A DNA stretch of 64,000 nt from a virus (taxonomy: Duplodnaviria; Heunggongvirae; Uroviricota; Caudoviricetes), in the IMG/VR virus record IMGVR_UViG_3300033067_001661, positions 269,624 to 333,623 of that record. One strand, written 5' to 3'. Position 1 is the first letter of the stretch, and each line of letters begins with the position of its first letter. The position numbers were made by a program, and so were the translations under genes. Shown in pieces: positions 54,308-62,489 of this stretch. The notes beneath the pieces are model-generated. The model searched no databases. It was not told the DNA's origin and worked only from the letters and a program-made list of their open reading frames with translations.

Positions 54308-55414
54308 ATGAACTGGTACTCTAGAGCAAAGTTTGCAGCAACGCCTATATGGAACGTCCAATATAGCAGAGACTCCATATCCAGCATGCTTTACGCCCTC
54401 TATGAACTTACTTATAAATACCAATACTTACAACACCATAACTTTCAAGGCTACCCAAAGAGACTTGAAAATATCCTCAAACAAATAGAAAACTCCGCAA
54501 GAACTGTTATCGCAGACTTTGTGGATATACTCGTTCCAGTCTTCGAAAACTGGCTTTCGGGTCACGCCCTCCTTACCCCTCGAACTTGGGCAACAAAAAG
54601 AGTACAAGAATGGTATGAAATCGAAGGAGGCAGTCCCGCTTCCCTCGCTAGTATGATCGTGGGCGAATGTAATATTCAAAGAGAAAGACGAAACTTTAAC
54701 ATATCACCAGAGCTTCATAGACTTGACGAACCTATAAAGAACGGTCAAGCTCGTGTACTCAGTAGATTGTTTGAAACCGCAAAGCTTGAACTTATAGAAG
54801 GTGACATGGAAAACGCTCTCTACGAAAAAAGACAAGAAGAAGAGGAAGTAGACGAAGAGCAGCTAGAAGCAGAAATAAAACAACGCTATGAAGAAATGCC
54901 ATTCTCTGAATATCTTAGTACCTTTTATAATGACGACCTAGGAGATTTTCTTGAGATGGCTTCTCAGTTTTATGACCTTGAAGAGATTTACGTAGAGTTT
55001 GCTCAGTTCTTATGCTTCCCTATTTGGTACGGCTTCTGGAAGCCCCAAGGTATAGACCAAACAAGACAAAGAATAGAGAATGCCTATAACATGCTCAAGA
55101 GCGTTGAGAGTCAGCCTATCGGTCAGGCCCTCGCTACAATCAATATTGTTATCAACTCCGCCCACCAAACCGGAGATATGCTCGATTATATAGCTGACGT
55201 TACTCAAGACACAAAAGGCGAGATTCGTCGAGCAATGGACCTTCTTAGTAATGCTACCGAGTTTGAGGAGTGGGACTTGGACCTTCGAGAGGTTGGATTG
55301 CAGTTGCCGCCAAAGCAGTCCCCAATGGCTATACAAAATACACAAAAACCCAACCAAGTTGGGCTTCCTCCTGTTGCGCGAAATCTTATGTTCGAGCCGC
55401 CTAAAGAGGTCTGA
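54308..55414 (+). CDS. Hypothetical acidic protein (368 aa).
   Basis: ORF on the plus strand, N-terminus MNWYSRAKF. Glu-rich segment EEEVDEEQLEAE. Confidence 0.45.
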   Translation: MNWYSRAKFAATPIWNVQYSRDSISSMLYALYELTYKYQYLQHHNFQGYPKRLENILKQIENSARTVIADFVDILVPVFENWLSGHALLTPRTWATKRVQEWYEIEGGSPASLASMIVGECNIQRERRNFNISPELHRLDEPIKNGQARVLSRLFETAKLELIEGDMENALYEKRQEEEEVDEEQLEAEIKQRYEEMPFSEYLSTFYNDDLGDFLEMASQFYDLEEIYVEFAQFLCFPIWYGFWKPQGIDQTRQRIENAYNMLKSVESQPIGQALATINIVINSAHQTGDMLDYIADVTQDTKGEIRRAMDLLSNATEFEEWDLDLREVGLQLPPKQSPMAIQNTQKPNQVGLPPVARNLMFEPPKEV

Positions 55415-55426
55415 CGCTCTAAAGTA

Positions 55427-55759
55427 TTAGAGAGGTCTGACGCTCTCAAGCCTTGCTTTGCTTACCCTTACCTCGCCGCCATTCGCAGAATCGCCTCCTG
55501 ATACTATATCAGCTTCTTCATACGAATAGGTGAGCAAAAGCTCTTGCCCGTCCGTCATATTACTGTAATAGTCTATAACGAACTGTTCTGTCGTTCCTAA
55601 GAAAGTATCGCCAACGACGCTGCCAATGGTAAGGTTGTATTGGAGGTTGCGGTTGGCTAGAGAATAAGCCTTGCCGTTGGCAAAGCCAACGACCTTAAAC
55701 CCTGTTCTTCTATTTTGCGCGAATTTATACCACATTGCGATTCTTGTACTCTCTGCCAA
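55427..55759 (-). CDS. Hypothetical protein (110 aa).
   Basis: ORF only. Confidence 0.3.
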   Translation of the reverse strand: MAESTRIAMWYKFAQNRRTGFKVVGFANGKAYSLANRNLQYNLTIGSVVGDTFLGTTEQFVIDYYSNMTDGQELLLTYSYEEADIVSGGDSANGGEVRVSKARLESVRPL

Positions 55760-56618
55760 GCCATCTCAAAGCTGCGGGTAACTGTTTAGGCCATACATAC
55801 CTATATAGCTCGCTCTTCATAACTTGTACACTCTTATTACCAAAACCTCTTATCAAAGCTTTCTTCGCTTCGTCAAAAGTCCATCTTCCGCCATACCTAT
55901 CAACAAAGCTCTGTACAAACTTGTTAGGGTCAAACTCCTCGTCTACCCTAAATACCCTTCTTGAAGCCAAGGTCGATTCATGATTACTGTTACCCTTGAA
56001 CTCGTAACCCTTGTTGCTTGCCAAGAACTGTTGTCTTGATACGTTAGATAGCTGACCGTTGCGGTTGTCTCTTAGCCATACCCTGATAATGCGGTTCGGA
56101 TTCAAGTGTCCAACGAATAAAGCTTGGCTCTCGCCAAATCCTAATAGCGTATTCGCAAGCTCAGGTCTTTCGCTCTGAGCGATGGGCGGAATATTACGGT
56201 CTACCGCTCGTTGCCTTGCTCGAACTCTTTCTTCTTCTCTTTTGGCTTTGCTGTTGCCAAAGTATTGAGCCATCTCACCTTGAACGGTATAAGAACCGCC
56301 TGGCCAAACAGGAGCCTCAAGCTCGCTCATGTTCGCATGAAACTCGACTATCCAAGCTCCAAACTCCGAAGCTTTCTTTGGGTCTGTTGTTACAAATAAT
56401 CCTGTAGGATTGTTGTCGGCTTCATATGAGTAAACCCTGCCAACTCTTGACTTGCCAGATAATCCGTAACGACATGCGGCTATGGCGTCCTCCAAATCCC
56501 TAAAACCATGAAAGACCCTTATTACGTCGTTGGTCTTTAGGGTTGGTCTTTCTTCAGGACTTCTACCAGGAGGTAAAGTAAGCCTGTCTGCAAACTTAGC
56601 AAGATCATACCAACTCAT
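55725..56618 (-). CDS. Hypothetical protein. Start corrected to the internal ATG (MSWYDLAKF), which abuts the upstream stop.
   Basis: ORF track 55725..56726 overlaps the upstream gene by 112 nt. The ATG at ~56618 gives a 4-nt overlap instead. Confidence 0.4.
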   Translation of the reverse strand: MSWYDLAKFADRLTLPPGRSPEERPTLKTNDVIRVFHGFRDLEDAIAACRYGLSGKSRVGRVYSYEADNNPTGLFVTTDPKKASEFGAWIVEFHANMSELEAPVWPGGSYTVQGEMAQYFGNSKAKREEERVRARQRAVDRNIPPIAQSERPELANTLLGFGESQALFVGHLNPNRIIRVWLRDNRNGQLSNVSRQQFLASNKGYEFKGNSNHESTLASRRVFRVDEEFDPNKFVQSFVDRYGGRWTFDEAKKALIRGFGNKSVQVMKSELYRYVWPKQLPAALRWLGREYKNRNVV

Positions 56619-56998
56619 GCAGGCCGTCCTTCCCTCATAATCTTCTGAACGAAGTTCATGACTTGAGAGTTTGGAGGCATGCTCTTGAGTTTGTTGTATT
56701 CTTCGTGAGAGCCTATCCAATACCATATAAACTGAGATTGAAACTTAACAGCTAATGCTCTGTAACGACCGCCAACCTGAGCAGACCAAACTTCTAGCTT
56801 TCCCCTATTTTCGGGTAATGGTTTAATGCCGACTTGTTGAGGATTGGAAAGAAGCGTTTGATATTTTTGAGAGGCTAGCTGTTGAACTTGAACTGGCAAC
56901 AAGGATAGCGAGTCTCTGAAGCTCTTGGTATGCCAATGCCCAGTATCGAATCCGGCTTCTACAAGCCTACAATAGTTTTCAGAGATTATAAGTTTCAA
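56615..56998 (-). CDS. Small protein with a RelE/HigB-like toxin-fold C-terminal signature.
   Basis: GKLEVWSAQVGGRYRALAVKFQSQFIWYWIGSHEEY resembles the HigB/RelE-family C-terminus (LKGDREGYWSITVRANWRITFQFINGDAYILNYEDYH). Confidence 0.4.
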   Translation of the reverse strand: MKLIISENYCRLVEAGFDTGHWHTKSFRDSLSLLPVQVQQLASQKYQTLLSNPQQVGIKPLPENRGKLEVWSAQVGGRYRALAVKFQSQFIWYWIGSHEEYNKLKSMPPNSQVMNFVQKIMREGRPA

Positions 56999-57002
56999 AG
57001 TA

Positions 57003-57422
57003 TTAGACCTTTGGCGGTTCTTGGTTTGTAAGCCAAGGAGTATTATTGTCTTTTGGAGGTAGTATACCCTTGTGTCCGGCTTGACCTTTCTGAGCTAATA
57101 GAGCTTGTAAGCTCTTCTTGTCATGATTGCCAACGCCTTGACGAGGAGGATAACCTGCGTCAATCCACATGTTGACGGTTGAACGGTCTGTGTCGTATGG
57201 GCTTATATCAGGATAAAGAGTTTTACCTTCAGGGGTTACAACAGTATGATAAGCTTTGGCAACCTCTGGAACGCCCCTGTGGTCCCTTTCAATGTCAATT
57301 TCTATCTTACAAGTATGACCCTTGTAACTCCATGCGTCGTCATGCATAGCTTTCTTATAAGATTTTGTTTGTATATTCTTCATTGTTCGTTTTCCTCTCT
57401 TCTCATAGATACTATCGAACAA
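57003..57422 (-). CDS. Hypothetical protein (139 aa).
   Basis: ORF only. Confidence 0.35.
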   Translation of the reverse strand: MFDSIYEKRGKRTMKNIQTKSYKKAMHDDAWSYKGHTCKIEIDIERDHRGVPEVAKAYHTVVTPEGKTLYPDISPYDTDRSTVNMWIDAGYPPRQGVGNHDKKSLQALLAQKGQAGHKGILPPKDNNTPWLTNQEPPKV

Positions 57423-57455
57423 TGAGGTATCCTTTCGTTGCGCGAAATTTTAGAG

Positions 57456-58277
57456 TTATGAGAAGTAGCAGTTTAAGAAATCAAAGATATCCTGAACGCC
57501 AATGTTTCCGTCATTATTGAAATCCCCGCTACCGCTAAAGTAGCTATTAAGAAAACTAAACAACCCTTCTAAGGTTCTTGAGGACTCGCAGCAAGAGTAG
57601 TTCTGAACGCAAATCCAAGTTCTCCTATTCCTTGTTACAGACTCTATCGAGCATGGACTGAACGCCTCAAGAACAACTCCGTTTGAGGTTGTATCCATAA
57701 GATAGCCAATGTAAGCAGGAGAACAAGAATCGTCATGACCCGCTCCTAAGGTATGAGCTAACTCATGAGCCGTTACCCTCCCTAAAATGAGAGAGTCGTT
57801 TGTGGCTATACCGTTCACAACGCATACTCCAGGTCCGCAGGCTCCTCCTAAGAAAGAGAAACCTCCTAAAGACGTATTCGTTACTCTGCCGGAAATTAAC
57901 ACAACACTTCCAGGTCTATACTGATTGTATAAAGCCGTATTGCTCCACTTTGCTATCATCTCTGTTAGAAAGCCTGTTGTCGTTGGAGGCATACCGTAAC
58001 CGTCATTATTGGTTGTATTAATCACCACTCCCGCATTTACTATATCAAGAGCAAAGTCCCTCAAATAGATTGGTCTCATGTAAGCTAAAGACTGTTGCAC
58101 AAAGGACATACAAGCAACGCTTCCCCTGCTTTGGTAGTATTGATAGTCAAACTCAAATACAACCCTGTACGGTATGACTTGATTACAAGTATATGTAGGA
58201 GGCGGAGGTATGCCGCCAAATGCATAGCTTATTGTAGCCAAGACTGCGATTATCGTGTTTCTTATACAAAAGTACAT
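57456..58277 (-). CDS. Secreted zinc metalloprotease (metzincin/reprolysin-like HExxHxxGxxHD) with a C-terminal dockerin/EF-hand-like Ca-binding repeat.
   Basis: Signal-like N-terminus from the internal ATG (MYFCIRNTIIAVLATISYAFG). VTAHELAHTLGAGHDD. C-terminal GDFNNDGNIGVQDIFDFLNCYF (DxNxDGxIxxxD loop + helix). Confidence 0.65.
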   Translation of the reverse strand: MYFCIRNTIIAVLATISYAFGGIPPPPTYTCNQVIPYRVVFEFDYQYYQSRGSVACMSFVQQSLAYMRPIYLRDFALDIVNAGVVINTTNNDGYGMPPTTTGFLTEMIAKWSNTALYNQYRPGSVVLISGRVTNTSLGGFSFLGGACGPGVCVVNGIATNDSLILGRVTAHELAHTLGAGHDDSCSPAYIGYLMDTTSNGVVLEAFSPCSIESVTRNRRTWICVQNYSCCESSRTLEGLFSFLNSYFSGSGDFNNDGNIGVQDIFDFLNCYFS

Positions 58278-58281
58278 ACCA

Positions 58282-59247
58282 TCAACTCCCAAACCAACAA
58301 CTGAGGAACTCAAAGATATCGCCTACGTCAACCTGAAGGTCATTGTCATAGTCTGCTGCTAAAGATTGACAAAAGTAACAGTTTAAGTATCTAAACAAGT
58401 CTTCAACGTCGCAAGTTCCAGAACCGTCAAAGTCTCCTTTATAAACTGGAGAGCTATCGTCGTATATTTCTAATATAAGATCTCCCAAATGGTCATAACC
58501 TATTTGCGTTGGAACTGTTGGCGTTGCTGTTCTTACAAGATTTACTATTGAGGTTTTAATCTTTGTGTTTGCTCCGTAGAGCGAAGATAGGTCAAATATG
58601 TCAGAGCCTTCTGTATGATGAATGTCTGTCCTAAAGAACCATCCATGATTGTAGATATTAAAACGAGGGGTTACTGTTGGACCTCTGTACCATTCGTCAT
58701 AACCAAATACGCCCCATGTCAAGGGTCTTGTTAGTTGCGACCCAGATACAATGGAGTTTCCATAATCTCCTAACATTTGATTAAAGAAGAATAATGGAGA
58801 AGGAACGGACCCCGCAGGAGAGCTTGGATATATACTTGGAAGCCTATAGTAGCTATACAAGTCCACCCACATAGAGTTGCTGTCGCAATACCAGTCTGTA
58901 AGCATAATCCATGTATGCGGTCCTGCTGCGCTGTTTGCGCTATCAACCCTTAGAAAAAGGTCGAGTATTCTGTCTCTTTGTCCGGGTTGAATAGGCCAAG
59001 CTCCAGCGCCATAGTCTGGAATAGACAGTTCTCTTCCGTTTGCGAACATTTGAATGTCGGTTCTGTAGCCGACGTTGTAGCATTGCCCCGTACTTATCTC
59101 CAACGGCAAAGCGTCTATTCTAAGCCTTGCGTTTCTGCATACAAGCTTGAAGTTACCAGAAGCGTGCTGAGGTAACGGCGGAACGTCTGCCGAAGCTACC
59201 GATACGCAAAATCCTAATATCAAACATGCTAAAGACTTTATACCCAT
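58282..59247 (-). CDS. Secreted protein (321 aa) with two C-terminal dockerin/EF-hand-like Ca-binding repeats.
   Basis: Signal peptide MGIKSLACLILGFCVSVASA. C-terminal GDFDGSGTCDVEDLFRYLNCYF and DYDNDLQVDVGDIFEFLSCWF. Confidence 0.5.
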   Translation of the reverse strand: MGIKSLACLILGFCVSVASADVPPLPQHASGNFKLVCRNARLRIDALPLEISTGQCYNVGYRTDIQMFANGRELSIPDYGAGAWPIQPGQRDRILDLFLRVDSANSAAGPHTWIMLTDWYCDSNSMWVDLYSYYRLPSIYPSSPAGSVPSPLFFFNQMLGDYGNSIVSGSQLTRPLTWGVFGYDEWYRGPTVTPRFNIYNHGWFFRTDIHHTEGSDIFDLSSLYGANTKIKTSIVNLVRTATPTVPTQIGYDHLGDLILEIYDDSSPVYKGDFDGSGTCDVEDLFRYLNCYFCQSLAADYDNDLQVDVGDIFEFLSCWFGS

Positions 59248-59376
59248 AAGAGTTCTCCCTTTGTTATACTACTAGGGTTCTCTATGGGCGTAATCAGTCC
59301 TTTTCTCTATTCAATTTGAGCTTAAAGTTGGGGAAGCGTTTTGGCTGCTTGGAGAATTTAGCAGCTAGAATGGGGT

Positions 59377-59411
59377 AAGGTATCCCTCTGTGCGCGAATT
59401 TTAATTGACGG
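59377..59411. repeat. Intergenic repeat copy A (AAGGTATCCCTCTGTGCGCGAATTTTAATTGACGG).
   Basis: One of three near-identical ~35-nt copies spaced ~950 bp apart. Overlaps the stop codon of paralog 1. Confidence 0.7.
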
Positions 59412-60303
59412 CATCATCTTGAAGCGGTTGCCCAATAATTCTTTTTTCTTGAAGTCTCTTTAGTTTATTAAGTATTGAGTTATAGAAGCCAACCCTCTCT
59501 CCTTCAGGTCTCATTGTGAGAGCATATCTCCAAACATATTGTTTTCTTTCTTCTTCATCCATTGAATCTAAAAAGTTCCAGAAACCTCCTCTTGCAGCCC
59601 ATGAAGCCTTCATCTTTTGCGATAAGTTCTCAAGGTATTCTGGATCATCAAGATACTTTCTTCTCTTCGTCATTACATTTTCTGCGTACTCTGGATTCTG
59701 CCATTGTTCTCTTCTTAGGTTCGCGTTCGTTTCTGCAACATTCTTTGCAAATTCTGGATCTTCCCACATTTTCTTCATTTTGTCAGAATGAAGCTTTTGA
59801 TATGCTGGGTCTTTCCATGTTTCTTTTCTTTTATTTGACTGCATTTTAGCATACTCTGGATCTTGCCAAAGAGCTTTTGATTGTTCCCGAGTTCTATTGG
59901 CGGCTTGTTCCCTAAATACAGGGTCTTGCATTTTGGTTCTCATAGATTCTCCTTTATCTCTTATTGCAATTCCTTTGCTTTCAAGAACCTTTCTTATCAA
60001 TAAAAACGAAAAACCTAAAGCTTTTTCTATGTCATGTATGCTTTTGCCAGCATTATACATGCTAATGATCTGCTCTTGTATCTCATTTGGCACTTGCTTT
60101 CTTGTTTGACCGCCACCATGACTTGATTTGTTAACATTTTCTTCTTTTAGAACCTTTTCAATTGTGTAAAAGGAAACGCCAGTTTCCTGTCTTATCTTAG
60201 AAACATTTTTGGTTTCGTTGTACATTTGTACAATCTTATCCCTTGTTTCTTTCGGGATAACATTGGGAGGTCTTCCTTTATTTTGAGCAAGTATATACCA
60301 CAT
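59401..60303 (-). CDS. Free-standing NUMOD1-repeat (tandem HTH) DNA-binding protein, paralog 1, with C-terminal W-x-DPE(Y/F) repeats. No nuclease domain.
   Basis: YNETKNVSKIRQETGVSFYTIEKVL and YNAGKSIHDIEKALGFSFLLIRKVL match the NUMOD1 pattern (S..EAA..LG.S...I...L). Five repeats of ~14 aa (WQDPEYAKMQ..., WKDPAYQKLH..., WEDPEFAKNV..., WQNPEYAENV...). Start corrected to the ATG at 60303 (MWYILAQN). Confidence 0.55.
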   Translation of the reverse strand: MWYILAQNKGRPPNVIPKETRDKIVQMYNETKNVSKIRQETGVSFYTIEKVLKEENVNKSSHGGGQTRKQVPNEIQEQIISMYNAGKSIHDIEKALGFSFLLIRKVLESKGIAIRDKGESMRTKMQDPVFREQAANRTREQSKALWQDPEYAKMQSNKRKETWKDPAYQKLHSDKMKKMWEDPEFAKNVAETNANLRREQWQNPEYAENVMTKRRKYLDDPEYLENLSQKMKASWAARGGFWNFLDSMDEEERKQYVWRYALTMRPEGERVGFYNSILNKLKRLQEKRIIGQPLQDDAVN

Positions 60304-60328
60304 GTTAGTAATTATTCGTCTAAAAGGC

Positions 60329-60371
60329 AAGGTATCCCTCTTGCGCGAATTTTAAGTGACGGCGTACCCTT
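60329..60371. repeat. Intergenic repeat copy B (AAGGTATCCCTCTTGCGCGAATTTTAAGTGACGGCGTACCCTT). Lies between the paralog 2 stop and the paralog 1 ATG.
   Basis: Near-identical to copies A and C. Ends (AAGGTA ... TACCCTT) form an imperfect inverted repeat. Confidence 0.7.
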
Positions 60372-61234
60372 TACTTAATGTTTCTTTTAACGTTAGGAAT
60401 AGTATTTTTGAGTTTATTCATTATGTTATAGTAAGATCTTTTTGCTGGTGTTGGCCAGTTTTCAAAGCTAGCATTTTTTGGTAAATGATACTGCCGTATA
60501 ATTATTCCTGCAACAATACCATCCTGAACGCTTTTGTCTTTTGAGGCAAGCCAGGCCCACCACTCGTCTCCTTTTCTTGGAGATACATCAATATCGTTTC
60601 TTACTAAGAATTTATGTATTAAGTTTGGAGAAACTTGTAATAAAGCAGCAATTTCTCTTATGCTCTTTCCTTCTTGGAATAGGTTGGTTATTTTTTGTTG
60701 TTCTTCTAAATTCCAATCTCTAGGAGTGTCTATTCTTCTTTGTATTTTAGCAGCTTCTAAAACTCTTTGTATTGCTTGTATGCTTTTCAAGTTAAAAGCA
60801 GTCGCTATCTCACTAAGGCTATACCCATCATTATACATTTGACAAATTTCTTCTTTTTGTTCGTTCGTAAAAACTATTGTTCTAGCGGTTTGGTAGTTAG
60901 TTCTTAGAGGAATGTTGTTTTGTATTAAAACCTTTGCAATACTCTGAGGGCTAACATTATACAATCTACTTAAGGAATCCATGCTAGCGCCATTTTTATA
61001 CGAAATAATGATGTCTTTTATTTGTTCAGCCGTCCAGTCAATCGGTTTCTTGGGACTTCTCATTTGAACATTATTTTTATTCAAGATTGTCATAATCGTA
61101 CTTTTACTAACGTTATAGTTATCTGCTATTTGTATAGCCGAATATCCAAGATGATAAAACTCAACAATGTCAGCAATATCTTGCGGAGATAAGTTTGTTC
61201 TTGGGCGAGTATTTTGTGCAATAATGTACCACAT
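60371..61234 (-). CDS. Free-standing NUMOD1-repeat DNA-binding protein, paralog 2 (four tandem HTH units).
   Basis: YHLGYSAIQIADNYNVSKSTIMTIL / YKNGASMDSLSRLYNVSPQSIAKVL / YNDGYSLSEIATAFNLKSIQAIQRVL / FQEGKSIREIAALLQVSPNLIHKFL. N-terminus MWYIIAQN. Confidence 0.55.
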   Translation of the reverse strand: MWYIIAQNTRPRTNLSPQDIADIVEFYHLGYSAIQIADNYNVSKSTIMTILNKNNVQMRSPKKPIDWTAEQIKDIIISYKNGASMDSLSRLYNVSPQSIAKVLIQNNIPLRTNYQTARTIVFTNEQKEEICQMYNDGYSLSEIATAFNLKSIQAIQRVLEAAKIQRRIDTPRDWNLEEQQKITNLFQEGKSIREIAALLQVSPNLIHKFLVRNDIDVSPRKGDEWWAWLASKDKSVQDGIVAGIIIRQYHLPKNASFENWPTPAKRSYYNIMNKLKNTIPNVKRNIK

Positions 61235-61287
61235 TATGTAATAGATTTCGTCAATATAAACAGAATTCCTTTCGGCGTGAATTGGAT

Positions 61288-61331
61288 AAGGTATCCTTTT
61301 ATTCCTGAATTTTAAGTGACGGTATACCCTT
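61288..61331. repeat. Intergenic repeat copy C (AAGGTATCCTTTTATTCCTGAATTTTAAGTGACGGTATACCCTT). Lies between the HNH stop and the paralog 2 ATG.
   Basis: Shares AAGGTATCC...GAATTTTAAGTGACGG...TACCCTT with copies A and B. Degenerate possible fourth copy at ~62272-62310 (GGGGTATCCTTTCCAACAAAATTAAAT). Confidence 0.65.
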
Positions 61332-61347
61332 TGGGTTTATTATCCTA

Positions 61348-62175
61348 TTAGGAAGAAAATCTTTCTTTCCAGTGATGAAGTGTATGACAATTCATGCAAA
61401 GAACGTCGCATTTATCTATTTCTTTTTGTATTGCTTCTGTGCTTTTCCCTCTTGTAGCCATTTTGCTTATTAAGCTTTCTTTTGTAGAGGGATCTCTATG
61501 ATGAAAACAAAGAACTGCTGGATGACTTTCTCCGCATGTCTTGCAGGGATGAGCTAGCTTGTAATTCCAAACATATTCCATTGCTTTATATTTTCTTCGA
61601 GTTAGGTTTTTTTGAATATCTAGTTTTTTGTTTTTGCATACTTGTTCTGTTGTAGGAACTGTGCTTTTTAACTTATTTTGCCTCTTTTTGAAATAATAGT
61701 GCTGAGCATCAGTATACTTGTATTGCGTCTTCAAAAATGTTTGTTTCTCAAGTTCTTTGATTTCTGATAAGAGTTTTTCTTTTTCTTTTAGACGACTCTC
61801 ATGTTGTTCTAGAAAAATAGATTCTTGTTTATCTCTAAGATTTTCTAGTTCTTTTCTTACTATTTCTTGCTCTAGTTTACGTTTTGCTTCGTTTTGTAGA
61901 TTGATTTTCTGATTTTCTAATTCTATTAGCTCACTTTGTTCTTTTTGAGCCTTTTCAAGATTCTTTAATAGAAGATCATATCGTTGCTGATTTTCTTCGC
62001 TCATCCCTTCGAGAGATATCTTTTTGATTTCTCTTCTAATAGAACCAAGATGTTGTCCTAAGCGATATCTTTCTTTATTCTGAGACCGCCATTTTTTCTT
62101 GTATTCTTTTTGTCTTTGTTTATCTTTGTATGGCATATATTTCATTATCGTGTGTTTTACTGTTCTACGTTTCAA
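61348..62175 (-). CDS. HNH endonuclease with an N-terminal K/E-rich coiled coil.
   Basis: C-terminal CKTCGESHPAVLCFHHRDPSTKE...CDVLCMNCHTLHH (Cys4 + HH...H HNH core). Confidence 0.65.
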   Translation of the reverse strand: MKRRTVKHTIMKYMPYKDKQRQKEYKKKWRSQNKERYRLGQHLGSIRREIKKISLEGMSEENQQRYDLLLKNLEKAQKEQSELIELENQKINLQNEAKRKLEQEIVRKELENLRDKQESIFLEQHESRLKEKEKLLSEIKELEKQTFLKTQYKYTDAQHYYFKKRQNKLKSTVPTTEQVCKNKKLDIQKNLTRRKYKAMEYVWNYKLAHPCKTCGESHPAVLCFHHRDPSTKESLISKMATRGKSTEAIQKEIDKCDVLCMNCHTLHHWKERFSS

Positions 62176-62332
62176 TCTTCACGCTAATAGGAAAAGACCG
62201 TAGCTGAGTATACTCTAGGATACCTATGTGAAATATAGATATCTTACTTTTTGAGAGACGGCGGGCTGGGGGGTGGGGTATCCTTTCCAACAAAATTAAA
62301 TCGTTATGAGTGAGGAGTCTTCCACTGCGCCG

Positions 62333-62370
62333 TTCTTAAATAGCAAACCCCAACCAACATGGCTGGGGTT
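62333..62370 (-). terminator. Rho-independent terminator closing the high-GC small-gene array (minus strand).
   Basis: AACCCCA-GCCATGTTGGT-TGGGGTT stem followed by TTGCTATTT on the minus strand. Confidence 0.55.
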
Positions 62371-62489
62371 GCTGAGACAATCAAATCTGTGTGAGTCTTT
62401 GGTGGTGGGAGTTTAGTTCTTCATGGCTCGCTCCTTTGTTAAGACCCTTCGTTCCGTTGTCTGACTCTGTTGTTCTTTGCGACCGAAGT

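Noticed and set aside
59377-62310. Possibility that the ~35-nt direct repeats form a CRISPR array.
   Set aside because: Only 3-4 copies spaced ~950 bp apart with whole genes between them, and the copies are not identical. Nothing like repeat-spacer architecture. No cas genes.
62385-62440. Two-codon mini-ORF (ATG AAG AAC TAA) with a perfect AAGGAG SD just upstream of the terminator.
   Set aside because: Too short to encode a product. More likely a by-product of a GAACTAAACTTC element copy. Mentioned only as context for that element.
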